Part shown: positions 1 to 13,588 of the stretch, in pieces
How positions within the stretch are numbered: position 1 is the stretch's first letter
Layout: every line of letters starts with the position of its first letter
Source: Moniliella sp. 'wahieum'
Taxonomy: Eukaryota
NCBI GenBank assembly: GCA_003971905.1
Contig: RSEE01000014.1
Coordinates: forward strand, 558,001-622,000
DNA: 64,000 nucleotides
Direction of reading: 5' to 3'
Position numbers and translations under genes: made by a program
The notes under the pieces: model-generated
What the model saw: only the letters and a program-made list of their open reading frames with translations
Database searches by the model: none
What the model was told of the DNA's origin: nothing

Positions 1-212
1 TTGATAGAGAAGGATGAAGAGTGGAGTGTGCAGCTGGATCCTCGGTCGAGACGGGCAAGGCAGATTCAGAGTCCTGTTGCATTGCTGGTGTGGCTGTTGG
101 GCAGATGGTTCGAGTGCATGCTGAGGCTGAGCAGGGAATCAGAGACAGAAACGGAGACGGCAGCTGACGCAGCAGCGTCTTGCGCCTTGCCGAGGGGGGT
201 ATCGGATGACAT
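1..212 (-). CDS. Probable 5' end of an uncharacterised low-complexity protein running off the left edge (one apparent frameshift near 70)
   Basis: ATG at 212 (MSSDTPLGKAQ...) preceded by a pyrimidine-rich leader and a palindrome-rich promoter-like block at 340-690; a shifted frame stays open to position 1 (QDSESALPVSTEDPAAH...). No family recognised. Confidence 0.35.
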
Positions 213-2290
213 GAGAGCGTGAGCCTTCTCGTGGGGTTGTGCGTGAGGCGCGTGAGGCGGGGAGGATGCTGCGGACTGCGAGCGGTGGTGGCCGTGAAAC
301 GCTGCAGTGTGCTGGGTCTTGTCCTGTGACGTGTGCGAAGGGTGTTGCCCATCCCAATCTCTATGTCTGAGATCACTTGGTCTGTCTGACATCTCACAGC
401 ATGCAGCACGGATGCTCAGACTGAGCCCTGCGGCTGACGTACTGACATGCGCTCCAGCGCGCGCATCCCACGCAAGATGCAACAGCCGTAGCTAAACGTT
501 AACGTAATTACGCGCAACGCGTAGCGCATAACGCGCAAGGATAGCTACTCGTATCTACGCACGTGACGTCGCGACGTGTGGTGATGATGCGGTGAAGCTG
601 GAGCGTTTCAACATTGAATACATCAGCCCAGACGCGCGGACGTCTGACGCTGTACTCTCTCGTCACGCGCGTCACTCGCCTCACACGCGTCAGGCCCCCT
701 GTATGGCCTTCAGCTTCATCGACTTCATCGAACATCCTTCCCTGGCTGCACTTAACCGCCTAACCCCCCCTAACCCACCAAGCCTGGTCCCATCACCCAG
801 TAGCCCGTACACTCGGATTTCTTTCCCTACAGAGGTTACTTTTCCTTCTTCACAACTTCTGCTAAAAAAAACGTGTCGAGTGTGTGTACAGCGATATGGA
901 ACTAAGGAGGACCGGATAGTGTAGGTTAATATTATAGTTGAACGTATATATCCTTCAACCACATCGCACAACATTCGCGCCATCTTTTGGAGGCTCTCCT
1001 ACCGTGTAGACGCCCTCCTCGATATCAATAAAACAAAAGAGACGTAAGTGATTGTCGTTATTGATCGTCGATGGAGAACCAGTGCGTGTGCATATGGAAG
1101 GGCGTATAGTCTACTGCAAGTAAGACAACCGTTACATTCCCCTAGCGGGAATAAAAATCACCTACGCACGTCGAACTAGATGACTGCCATGCGTATAAGG
1201 CGGGGGCTGGGCTTTGAGTCACCTTCATGGTCCATCCTTCCATGCCCGCAGAGGGCATGGGATGAGAAGAGGGTTACGCGTAGTCTCATAGGCAGTACTT
1301 TGGTCTGGTAACTCGGAAACATTGACATGGTTCACACGTCACAATCTAATAGAAAGAAAGTGCGAGCACTGGACGGAACGAACTGATAAATCTCATTGTA
1401 GGTGTGGTTCGTATAGGTCACATGTCTATCACGCTCATTCGTCTCCACGAGGACTACAATGACGGGTTTGGAAGCGAATGACGGGAGCCAGATGGATCCT
1501 GATTTGAGGGAGCCGGGTAGGCGCAACGCTTCCTTGTCCCATCCTTACGCTCTGTAAATGATGCTATGGGTCGTACAGTAGGGCATTATGCTTGAGAAGA
1601 AGTTCTGCGTACTAGCTGTTTAGGGATGGGCTCTACTGGCCGGCCGCATACATAATTTGTCATTGTTTGGCTCTGCAGTTAGCGTTACAGTTTGTATGAA
1701 GGATGTTGACTATGAACTGAGGAAAGTAGGAGAGTGGCTTCCATTGCCGAAAGAAAGGCTATTACTGTTTGTCCAGAGCTATATGCTCCGTCTGTTCAAA
1801 TGAACCTTCAGGTGAATGGAGTCCCAACTGTGCGATGCTGATACACTCTATGATACCGTCTTCTGCTGATATTTACACCTACGTTCTGCGACTGGGTCAG
1901 GATCTTTTCCACCACAACCACCTGCAGCTCCACTATCTGTCGATGATCATAGCCCTGGGTATCTTCTTTTAGAGTGACGGCGCTTACGAGTCCAGGCCTA
2001 GGCTTGGACAGTACCCGAGTGGGACCACAGTATACGAGCAGACGAACGATGGAAGCTAGGAAAGCAAGTGCATTTAGCTGTCAGAAGTAGCTGCCTCATG
2101 GCTGGAATATAGAAACCATTGCCACAATAGAGTGGCATGCCTGAGGGTGGTATGCTGAAGACTCTATCCGGGCTCCCTGCTCTTCTTTTGTCCCGCTGTC
2201 TTCCTCTGTTTGTTCCCATTCCGTCTCCACTCACTAGTGGCATGCCGTATCGTGTAAAATACAGATGAACGTCAGGCATCAAATGTTAGC

Positions 2291-3204
2291 TTAGCTCGAA
2301 GCAGCCAGAGGCGCTGGCTGAGCCTGGACAAGCAACTTGTGCAGCTGCTCCAATTGGATCTGCTCGTTCACCGTGACCGCCTTGATCTCCGTGTCGGGGT
2401 TGGCTGGAACCACAACGTATTCACCATCGATCGCCCAGCCTTCATGCTTTGCAACCAGAGCAGGTAGAGTCGAAGGTTCAACATCCAAGTAACGGGCCAA
2501 ACGCGCGACGGAGATTTTCTTGAACGCAAGCGCCACCGTGTCCAATACAATCCGCTGCACATCTGCGACGGCATTGGGCACCTTGTCAAAATACTTACGC
2601 AGCTCGGCGTTTGCTGGGCCTTGAACGCTTCCCAGAATTGAACAAAACGAGCGTTCTGCAACAATATGAAGCTGCGCCAGGCCCTGGATCACAGGCTCTT
2701 TAATGTTGCCAGCCATGTATGCAGGCGGGACCTGCCCCACGGAAGTGAGGACTGGGGTGGAGGCGTCAGCAGCCTCCTCTGCAGCACGGGAATCCTTGGG
2801 GTTCACATGGCTGGGGTCCATCGGGAGGGGTGCCTCGCCTAGCAGAGCCAAACAGAGCTTGAAGTCCTGGTACGGCAAAGCCAGAAGCGCCTTGATGAGG
2901 ATGTTGATCACCACATCATGGTTGTACACCGATGGGTTGAACTGGTACCTATGAGTACCTGGAAGTCAGTACAGCTGCAATCCACGTTGAGCGTACCACC
3001 CAGCGTAGAGACATACAATTTGAGCGTGGCCAGGTTGGCAAGGCCATCATAGAAACCTTGCTCAACCTGCTGGCCAATGTAGGCCTGGAGTGTGTCGAGG
3101 TTCTGGGGGTTGTAGCGGTCGACCGAGTTAATGAGCGTCTCAATGTGCTCGGGCCGCTGAGAGGGCTGGAGCCACGGCTGGGCGGTGGATCCGGTGGCGA
3201 GCAT
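2291..3204 (-). CDS. EIF3K: Eukaryotic translation initiation factor 3 subunit K (intron 2949-3016; indels near 2610-2660)
   Basis: RPEHIETLINSVDRYNPQNLDTL...ANLATLKLY|QFNP, ILIKALLALPYQDFKLCL and C-terminal EQIQLEQL are typical eIF3k; GTATGT...TAG intron restores the frame. Confidence 0.92.
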
Positions 3205-3709
3205 GGCGATGAGGTGAGCAGAGCAGGTGGAGCAACGCCAACGCCATCGCGGCTGCTGGTCAGAAGAAGCCAATTTTTCAAATGGCGGAACTGAATCTGC
3301 GGAATGTGCTGACACGTGGCCCGGGTCTCCTCGCCGCGAATCAGTACTCAGTACCTTGACGCTTGCCACGTGACACGTGGCACAGCTGAAAGCCAACATG
3401 CCTGCCCAGGCGCCCTGGCGCCGGTCTCAGGTGCGGTCACCGGTCACTCAGCTTGGCTGCCTGGACAGTGTCGTCCGCCTGCATCACCGGATGGTTTGGT
3501 CGGTGAGATTGGGGGATGTTCGATTGGGCAGCCGGTAGATCCGGGCGGCAGCTGCGCTGTTTGCCATGTACGTTGTACTGCCTGCCGTGTACCTGCAGCG
3601 CGCGTGTGGCGCCCCCAGTGACTAGTGGTTAATGATCTGCATCCGCGCGCCCCCCACCCGCAGCCGCCCCTCTTTCCCACCACCTTCTCCCCACCCCTGC
3701 CACCACACC

Positions 3710-4600
<891 letters not shown>

Positions 4601-5028
4601 CGCGTGTCGGTGTGCTTTATGCCACGCGTTGCGTTACCCATCTCACATGACCATCATAGGGACTTGATTTATTATTCTCATATCCAATGCACGAGTCAAG
4701 ACCGACCCGCCCGTCATTAAGAAGTTGAAACCCGGTCGACTGGAGCGTCAAGGCAGTAGAGAGCGTGACTAGTGACAGCGACTGTTGACTTGAGCGCATG
4801 ATACGCGTTACAAATTCATTTTTGGAATACAAGGCCAAGTGATAACCCTATCGGGGTGTATTTTATTGCGCCGAAAACAGACTTTGACTGGCCTCGTGCT
4901 TGTTGATCTGCCCCTCTCGCCACAGGGCAGTGTACTATGGTTGACCTCCCACTCGTGGTCGTCGCGTCATTGCCGTGGGGAACTCGCAAGCGGGTCTAAC
5001 TCGTGACAGCACCAACATCGGCTTCAAG

Positions 5029-5306
5029 GTGCGCAGACGCTCCGAAGCATCCAGCTTGGTGAAGGGGCAAGGTCACAACGTTCCTGACACCGTGCCTCGC
5101 CCAGTTAGGCTATCACCTCCCCTCGTGTGGTATACCTATGGAAGGGTGATGGCGGTGGCGGGATCGAGGTCTTTGCCTATTGGAACAGGGATGGGGGGCT
5201 ATGCCCTGGCTTTGAAAGCCGGGATGGATGCCCCTCCCATGTCCTACCTGCCCCTTCCGTGTGCGAGGCAGTTCCACAAAGCATGAACTGACCTCTGTTT
5301 CTCCAG
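5029..5306 (+). other. Long (278 nt) structured 5'-UTR intron of RPL9
   Basis: AAG|GTGCGC donor at 5029, CTGAC branch near 5288, pyrimidine tract and CAG acceptor at 5306, 11 nt before the ATG; several complementary segments. Confidence 0.7.
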
Positions 5307-5317
5307 ACTCTTTTGCA

Positions 5318-5899
5318 ATGCTGCAGATCTACAAGGACATTGAGATTCCCGTTCCAGCCGATGTCGAGGTCAAGGTGGCCTCGCGCGACGTGTGGGTCAA
5401 GGGCCCCCGTGGTGAACTGAGCAAGTCTCTCAAGCACCTCAACATGGAGATTCGTCTTGTGAAGGACGCCAAGAACACCAAGGTGCGCTTTGTCGTCTGG
5501 CACGGTGGCCGCAAGCACGTTGCTTGCCTCCGCACCGCTGCCTCGGTTGTGGCCAACATGATCAAGGGTGTGACCAAGGGCTTCCAGTACAAGGTGCGTG
5601 CCGTGTACGCCCATTTCCCCGTCAACCTCATCATTGCTGGCGACAAGCGCGCTGTCGAGATCCGCAACTTCTTGGGGGAGAAACGTGTGCGCCACGTCCC
5701 CATGCGTGAGGGTGTCACCATCACGGAGGACAAGGCCCAGAAGGACCAGGTCCTGATTGAGGGCAACGACATCAACGCCGTGTCCCAGTCTGCCGCCGAC
5801 ATGCACGGCGCCTGCCTCGTCCGCAACAAGGATATCCGTAAGTTCTTGGACGGCCTCTACGTCTCGGCCAAGGGTACCATCGTGCAGGACGACGAGTAA
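5318..5899 (+). CDS. RPL9: 60S ribosomal protein L9 (uL6)
   Basis: VKGPRGEL, NMIKGVTKGFQYK, AVYAHFPVN, EIRNFLGEK and KDIRKFLDGLYVS. Confidence 0.98.
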   Translation: MLQIYKDIEIPVPADVEVKVASRDVWVKGPRGELSKSLKHLNMEIRLVKDAKNTKVRFVVWHGGRKHVACLRTAASVVANMIKGVTKGFQYKVRAVYAHFPVNLIIAGDKRAVEIRNFLGEKRVRHVPMREGVTITEDKAQKDQVLIEGNDINAVSQSAADMHGACLVRNKDIRKFLDGLYVSAKGTIVQDDE

Positions 5900-7371
5900 A
5901 TCAGGCTACCATTGTCAATCTCAACTCCTGGAAGCGGTTCTACTGCATCCCCATATGATGTATTCCCCCTCTTCCCCTATCGGACTTCGTATCCCAGTTG
6001 GTGGCCCTACCACCCCCTCCCCCGCCGCAAGACGGATGGGCTGCCAAGCCTGATTCTTGCTCTTCCCAAAACGACCGGATACGCCTATGGATTGGCATGG
6101 TCTCCAAATCCTTCCAGAGTGTAAAAATAGACGAGCTTAGAAAATGGGGACAATGGTCTCCTCTACAGGATAGAAGGCAACTGAAAAGTTGGGACTCCTG
6201 AGGGTAGCGGTCCTGGTCAATTCGTGGGTCATGATAGGTGGTCACGCCCCAATAGCCATGAGGCGAACGCTCTGTGGCCCTCGAGTGATAGCATTCGCAA
6301 AAGGCGTATTCGCTGCTTTGGGCAATGTAGCGCACCCCCCGTAACTACGAGATCAGTGTACGAGTCGCCGCGCTTGGTATCCCGACCTCTCTAAAAGAAA
6401 GTGTACTTCTTCAAAAGGATTGTGTATTCGGTTGCTCCCAGGAAGCCAATCTTCATCTCTGGTCTAAAAGTTCCAGGTATGTGACACATAAAATCGACTC
6501 CTCTCCTCCAGTTCCATGAAGTATCCTCCCAGGATTGGGGCATGAGGGGCTTGGGCGAGCTTATAAAAAGATGATAATCTCGGAACTATAGCCACAATTG
6601 GACAAAAACACGACTTCGAGACTCAGCTATATTGCTCCCTGGTGTGCATTGTCTTCGGCGGCGAGAAGCGGGGGCGGCCGTGGCAAGGTAGACGCAAAAT
6701 GCTGATGTTTCCGTCGTCGCTAGTCACTCTCGGTCTTTTGTGGCCTACGGCCTGGAAGTTGAGGGGGGCTGTATGGTGGACTGCATATGAATTTGTTGAC
6801 GAGAACTTGTTGCACCTCTCCCTGAGGGACACCCTTCCGCATATTCACGAATTCAAACTCTCTCAGCGTTTGGGGCGCGCAACTAGAACCGAGGGTTCCC
6901 TTCACCGTCTCATGATGTTCAACGCTCAACGTCCTCAACACTCAACGTACTCCATCCCCACCAGCCTGAGACTCAAGCTCTTTTGCTCGGGCACTGACTA
7001 CATTCTCGTAAGAGCGCTGATGTAGAGAAAACTGTGCACCAAAGACCGTAATGAGATATCCCACATGTGATGATACATTGGTTTAGTGAGAGCCGGCTGG
7101 CGCTGACAGCTCAAGGCTCAAGATGGAGCGTTCAGGTGGGGGGGGGGGGGGGCATTCAAAGCGATAAAAGGGAAAAAAAAACGCTTCGCCGGATGCCATA
7201 CAACGAAGGCTGAAGATGCCGGATCCTTCGATGTGATCTGAGAATGAGATCTGACAGTATAAAGGAAGTACTGTGTGTAGGTGGATGAGTGTGTGTACAA
7301 CGAATATGATCCAGCAACAATCAGATAAGACGCGCCAGCCCACAGAAGGGAAAAAGATGTCATGGTCCCCC

Positions 7372-8435
7372 CTACTCATCGTCTTCAATTTCGTCGTCTC
7401 TCCTCTTCTTCGGGCTCCGACCCAGACTTGTGCATTTTCAAGGACACTTGGGGACCAGCTTCCGCAGAATATTTTGAATCGGTTGACTCGCCATCCGTGT
7501 TCTTCGCATCCGTATTAGGCGATTTTGGAGCAGGTGATGTAGGGGTGCTGTTGCCTACCTCCGTTCGTCTGGGTTTGCGTGTGACGTGAGCACCGATGAA
7601 TTTGGCTACCTCAAACGAATCGATCCGGTCACGAGGAATGATGGTTCGAAGCTTGGCGTCACAGACGATCTGCAATAGAAAGAAAGGGTTACCGGTTAGG
7701 AGGGATGATAGGATGGGGGGCATTAAGTGATGCGGTGGAAATTACAACTCACGATGCGTTTCTGCTCCGGGTCTTGCAGGTTGTTCTCTTTGATGTACTT
7801 CCAAATACGCCGAATGATCTCGTAGCGAGGGATCTGGGAACCAAAGTACAATATGTCAGCGTCCAGCAGGAATGTTGGGGGTGATACGCACATCGTTGCC
7901 CTCGCACAGAGCCGCCAAGGGTTCATCAAGGATAAGAGGGGCACTGAATGCATTGTTGGGGTGGTTTGCCCGCTTGGCCTTGGACTCAGGCGTGGCCGGG
8001 CGACGCTTGCGGGGTTTCTTGCTTGCAGGACCCTCCGCAGCTTAAAAGGAGAGAACAAAATAGTAACCGTCAGTCACAAATCCGAAAAAATACAGCGTAC
8101 TGGAGGGACGCGCAAACGAGGGAGACGGACGAGGCGTTTAGGTCGAGATAAGAAAACGTCGGACTTACCTTCTTCGCCTTTGGCTTTGCGTCCGCGCTTG
8201 CTCGTGGGCTGAGCAGCAACTGCGGCCCCAACTTGAATCTCGGCAAAGCATGTCTTGATCAAGCCGTTGATCTGGCGTTGTCGTGGCCTTCAATAGAGAG
8301 GGACGCCGGGATGTGCTTTGCATAGATTGGGTTGTCGAGTAGGGTGGTGCGCACGTCCTTGGTGCTGACTGAGTTCAAGTCCGAGGCATGGAGGATGGCG
8401 AGAATGGTGGGCTTGAGACCTGCGATAGCCGCCAT
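7372..8435 (-). CDS. DEK-C plus SWIB/MDM2 domain protein (UAF30/TRI1-like); three introns; stop at 7372 or 7385 depending on an indel
   Basis: N-terminal ILAILHASDLNSVSTKDVR (DEK-C-like); spliced SWIB domain PRYEIIRRIWKYIKENNLQDPEQKRIIVCDAKL...IDSFEVAKFIGAHV; acidic tail. Confidence 0.85.
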
Positions 8436-9113
8436 GGTGAGGACGCAGGAGGTGGTGGCGGGACACTTGAAGAGCCGCCAACAGGGGTGGTGGGGAAGGG
8501 CAAGAGCACAAATAAGTGACAGCAAAAGTTGCGGCACGGAACCAGACTGCTTTCCGGCGAGTTTCCTCCCACGTTCCAGGCCCCATATGCGCTCCCACTC
8601 TACATGTACAATTGCTACTAGTAGCTGGCTATAGCTGGCTGGCGCCTGTGTTGTTGGATTAAATTTTTCGCGTTGCCACTGCGTGACCTTCTGTTGCACG
8701 ATCAGACTGTGCTGTACCCAGCTGGACCACAGCAGTGGGATTGGTTGGCTCACTAGCCCACTCTCACAGCTCACTGCTGCTCACTGGAATAAGTGCGCTG
8801 ACAGGCTGGCTGCCACAGGCGGTGCAGCGTTCGTTACCTTGCGGTGCTGATTCTGGGGGCGATAGCCACAACTCCGTTTTTAGGCGTTAGGGGCAGCGTG
8901 GCCTGCCTAGCTCTTCACTCCCAGCCTTACATATGCAGAGACGCAAAGCAAACCAGTCAGGTCCTGAGCCTCAGGACGACCGGCCTACCAGGAAATGCGG
9001 AATGAAAAAAACTTCATGCTTCTCTCAGATCTCAGGATCTCAGGCTAGTAAGTAACTCAGTAGCGGATCTATGAAAGCCCTCTGTTGCTCAGCGCGGCAA
9101 GGGAGGCCAGTGG

Positions 9114-9171
9114 GCTAGTGAGCTAGTGAGCTAGTGCTAGTGAGGCCTAGTGAGGCCCTGAGGCTAGTGAG
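9114..9171. repeat. Degenerate tandem repeat of (GCTAGTGA)-like units
   Basis: gctagtgagctagtgagctagtgctagtgaggcctagtgaggccctgaggctagtgag read directly. Confidence 0.85.
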
Positions 9172-11945
9172 GGGATCGGTGAGTAGGGAGTGCGCTGACT
9201 ATGGGTGGCTTATTATAGAGCGCTTAGCGCTACACTTTGCTGGCTCTCGTTTGTGCACCTCGTCGACGCCAATCATCGACATCAATCATCGCATGCATCG
9301 ACTGCCATGGGCTGCCATGGGCTGCCCAAGTTGCGCAAGCGGGCCAGTGGTAGCCCCCGTCACGCGTCGCAGTGACATGCATGATGTATGACGCGTGACA
9401 AGGACGAACCAGACACATGCGTGGCTAATGCACGCACAAATAGTCCCACAGGACAATGTGACATGCCTGTCACCAGTACACGTGATGAATGTATGCATGA
9501 TGCATGAGATCGAGAGCACCATTGAGGTGTATGTGTCGCTGCAATCTCTTTGCCTTATCGATTGTCCTCCGGGAACGGTAACGCGGTATCCGGAACACCA
9601 TAATGCGCAACGTGCGCGAGCGTCTGTCACCGCACCGCTCTCACCGGCTCACCTAAGCTGACGTCCCACCAGTTATATACAGCACCACTTCAATCGCCAA
9701 TTACTTACTGTTTGTTCTCCCCCTCTTCCCCCCTCTTTAGGCACACCTCTCTGATCTAATGTTGAACGTTGACAGGAATCATGCAAAAGCACATATATAC
9801 CGCCAACAGTAGCAATATAAAAAGGTTGAAATATGACACGGCATTCTCTCCGTCAAAAAGCCAAGGGAGGACGAGATGAGGAAAAAACGCGTTGAAGAGG
9901 GACTCCACAGGTGTACGGATTGCCGTGGGTGAAAAAGAGTACAGGGGTGTTTAACGGATCAGGAATGGAGGTGGACGGACACCTTGAGAGGCTTGTTTTG
10001 GGAATCATGGAGGCCAGGATTGATATGGTCCAAAAATATGACACTAACAGGGGTGCGTCTCCGCATTGTGTCCACACTGCGCTCTTCACATAACCGTGCC
10101 TCCTTCCTCTCCCTGAGGAACATATACCTCTAGTGCGTCCTCATGGCCAATCCATCTATCTCTCCCTTTCCTTCAATATAGGCTTATTTCCTGACACAAT
10201 TCATGTCTAACTGAACGCTAACGTCCAATACGAAAACGGAGCTCAAAGAGATGAACAGGCAAGGTCCACTTCATTTGTGGCTTCTCAGCTCGCGTGGGAA
10301 GGGTGGGCACGAACCCTGAATGAGGAAATACTATAGGGTGCCTGTGCTCAGTAGAAGCTGGAAGTTCGGGTGAGGGAGAGGGGCGTACAATACAAGCAAC
10401 GGCAGGGCCTGCCAAGCCCCCCTGTTACTGAAGCAGCTCCACTATTGTCTCGTACAGGGCCGCGGCAGGGTTTGCAAGGAGGAAACTGAGTACTGTACTT
10501 GAGCGGCACCAGATGTCAGATCGAGAATTGATAATTGAACGCCTGGCCGACCTAACGAGCTACCCACTGCAAGAAGCGGGTCTGCAAAAATTGCTGGTAG
10601 GCTCGAAGAAACGCGTGGGCTTCTCACGTCAAAAGACCATGACAATATGACCCGCTATTCCACATAAAGAGAGCATGCTTATAAGAACAACTTACAGATA
10701 GAATCATTAAAAGGAGTTTAGCATATATAAAAAAGGAAATGGCAGCACAATTGTTGAGAAAGACAGAGTAAGGGAACGAGACCCGTGATTATCGAGGCAC
10801 AAGTGCTCGGAAAGATACGTGAGCTTGATGGGGAACGTCAGTCCTTAGTTTGCAACACACCACATCATGAACCCGCCCCCGTCATGGAAGAGTCTATCAA
10901 GAAAGTGTAGTCTGGTCATCACTCTATAGTACCGATGTGTACTGTGTGACATCTGCTATTAATCAAATCCTCGGGCACCACTGTTGATTATACGCCTTAG
11001 GCCTCGCCGAGGCCTCATCGCTATACCCGAGCAAATCAAAAGATCTCTGATTGCTTCAGGTTGCGGAAAATGTATAGCCATTTACCACACCTGTGTGTTG
11101 TCCATATCAAAATGCTTATACACAGCAAAAACACAACAGTAAACTCCAGGTTTTCCTCAGGGTATCATTGAGTCTATAACAAGCCCCTTTTCTTTCGTCC
11201 ATAGAGAGGCTCATAGTGCGCTTTCTAGTTTTATCAGAGGGAGAGACAATCATTGTTAGAGAAAGGTTACTTTTAATAACCCGCGACACAGACGCATCAT
11301 TCGTACAACAGAGGAAAAAGCTCTAATGTATTGGGAATCAACGTTCAACACGCGCCCTCCACGACTTTTCACCTATTCTTTTGGCCAGAGCGTAAGAGCA
11401 ACTCCTACGCTGTAACCACTACCCTGTCGCATCGGGGTAGAAGCGGTTGCAGAACCTACAGTCCAACTTTTTCTTCTCCTCGGAGCAAATCCACCCTCCA
11501 GCCGCGGATGTGATCACATATGGCCCGGAAACTATTGCGAGCACTTCTTCCAAAAACACCGTAGTTTTAAATGAAACCCATGTGGCTGTATTAGTAGGTG
11601 ACGGTGACTCGTCACCGTGATGCGTGACAACATCTCACGATCGCATCGATCTCATTAGTGAGATGGCAGCGTGACGCATTGGCCCTGGATTTGTGTGACC
11701 TTCCGGTTGTACGCCGCGGATCGGTCAGCCGTGCATGCTGGCCGCGCTCAAGGTGGGCGGGACGCAGGTACCTGCCAGGGTCTGTCATTTCTCGACCACC
11801 ATCGTATCGCACGGCAACCAAGCCTTCACTCAGGTATTTGGGCTATACTAACCTTGCACCGACCAACACATTTGCCAACGGTGTGAGGCCTGACGGTCAA
11901 AGGTTCCTTCACCCTGCCTTTTTTCTTCTCTGGCATCTACTCGAA

Positions 11946-12988
11946 ATGACTGAGAGGCGATACCAGCAATTGCACAGCATTGGCTCGGGCGGTGGCGAGC
12001 TGCCTAGCCCATTCTTGCACCTACGCCCAAACCCAGCTCGACGCCATGCCTGCAAGCTACTCATCTTCCTCCTTGCCTTGGGCGGGACGTGTGTCCTGTT
12101 TGTCTGCGTTATCACGCCAGGAAGGTACATCCGTGGTTCGGGAGAAATGGAGAATATCGCTGCCTTCACGACGACAGACTTCACTTCTCCCTCATCAGCT
12201 CTGATATCCACCAACGTACCCGAGCCAAAATTGAAGTCCAACATCACGGGCACGAATGGAGCCCTAGTACATTCATCATCATCATCTCCCTCTCCATCGC
12301 CGGCGTCTTTGGTACCTATCCCTTTGGTTGAACTGTCCAACTCAGCTACCACACATTCTGAGCGAATCATTCTTTTCCTCCAAGCCGTCTTGGGACTGGC
12401 CGATGATCCCTCAACGTGGATGTTGCCCCTGGACTGGACAGATTGGCTCATCCCATCCAACCGCGCCGCGCAGGATGTGGCTTTGGAAAGGCTAGTGAGT
12501 GAGGGAAGAGTGAGCAAGGAGGATTGGTCATTGGTGCGTATGGAACGCAGAAGGGGCCCATCAGTGTGTGGACTAACGCGTCTGTCGTCTCTATGGATTA
12601 GTATCGCTCCAACCCACTAGTCTGGGAGCGGGAGCATGGGTCGAAAGGAGTCGTCGTATTCAGCAAGACCTATTGTCCCTCCTCCAAGCGGGTCAAGAAA
12701 CTGCTGACTGATCTCCAGGCAAAGTTCACCGTGGTAGAGGTGGACGTCCGTCGTGAGTGCTCCTCCTTGGGGGTCGGTTACCCCAATAACCTATTGTACT
12801 GACTCTGCCCGTTTCTGTTGTTAGCCGACTACGTTGCGTTTCAGCCTGCTTTGGCGTATGTTACGGGCCACATGAACGTGCCTACTGTCGTTTTAGGTGG
12901 TGACGTGCTGGGCGGCTGGGATGATTTGGCAGTGTTGCATGAGCAACACCGCCTGCAGGAGTTGCTGAAGAAGGTGGACGCGCTGTGA
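11946..12988 (+). CDS. Type II membrane-anchored monothiol glutaredoxin (Grx6/7-like); introns 12534-12601 and 12753-12824
   Basis: N-terminal TM segment (LLIFLLALGGTCVLFVCVI) and Ser-rich stalk; manually spliced C-terminus VVVFSKTYCPSSKRVKKLL...VTGHMNVPTVVLGGDVLGGWDDL (Grx fold), which is absent from the ORF track. Confidence 0.88.
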
Positions 12989-13546
12989 CGGGGATGAGGG
13001 CTAGCTGCCACAGGTGGGTGTCTCCCTGTGCGTGTCGAAGTGGATAAGGGCTGCTTGCTACAGGGCTTCTGCGCCCACTGAGTGCATTTTGTGCATTGTC
13101 CATGCGGGCTCACTTGTTGCTCCAGACGGGAGGCGAATCTGGATGGATGGATGGCAGACCGTCTAGACCCACCACAGGCACAGAGGAGGGTAGACCCACC
13201 ACAGGGAGGGTAGGTGCATCTGTCAGAAAGCGTGAGAATCTGCAAGTCTGAAACGATGAAAGCGGAGCGTTGAAAGTTGAAAGCGAAGAGGGAGCGTCGA
13301 TCAATTGATTCGATGCGACGGCTGCTTCCAGGGGGCAGGTACCCGGTGAAAGTTGCAAGGTGAGCCTGACATGTGACAAGCCAGGACAGGCGGGCGAGGC
13401 GGCGCGCGCGACGTGGGGACACTGGCCCTCTGCTGGCCCCCCGGCAGAAGACCGCGCGCGGGGCGACACAGGCGCCGTGCCGCACCCGCCCGACGTGGAG
13501 CAGACAGCCGCGGCGGGGGCAGTGTGCCACGTCTGCATGCACCCGG

Positions 13547-13588
13547 GCCCAGCCCAGCCCAGCCCAGCCCAGCCCAGCCCAGCCCAGC
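13547..13588 (+). repeat. (GCCCA)8 pentanucleotide microsatellite upstream of the septin start
   Basis: Read directly. Confidence 0.95.

Noticed and set aside
751..780. TAACCC-like units as a telomere remnant or telomerase RNA template
   Set aside because: Only two or three degenerate units in a C-rich tract, with no clean 1.5-repeat template or array.
9114..9171. CRISPR-like or transposon terminal-repeat reading of the short repeat arrays
   Set aside because: Units are 7-8 bp with no spacers, there are no cas or transposase ORFs, and the context is eukaryotic.
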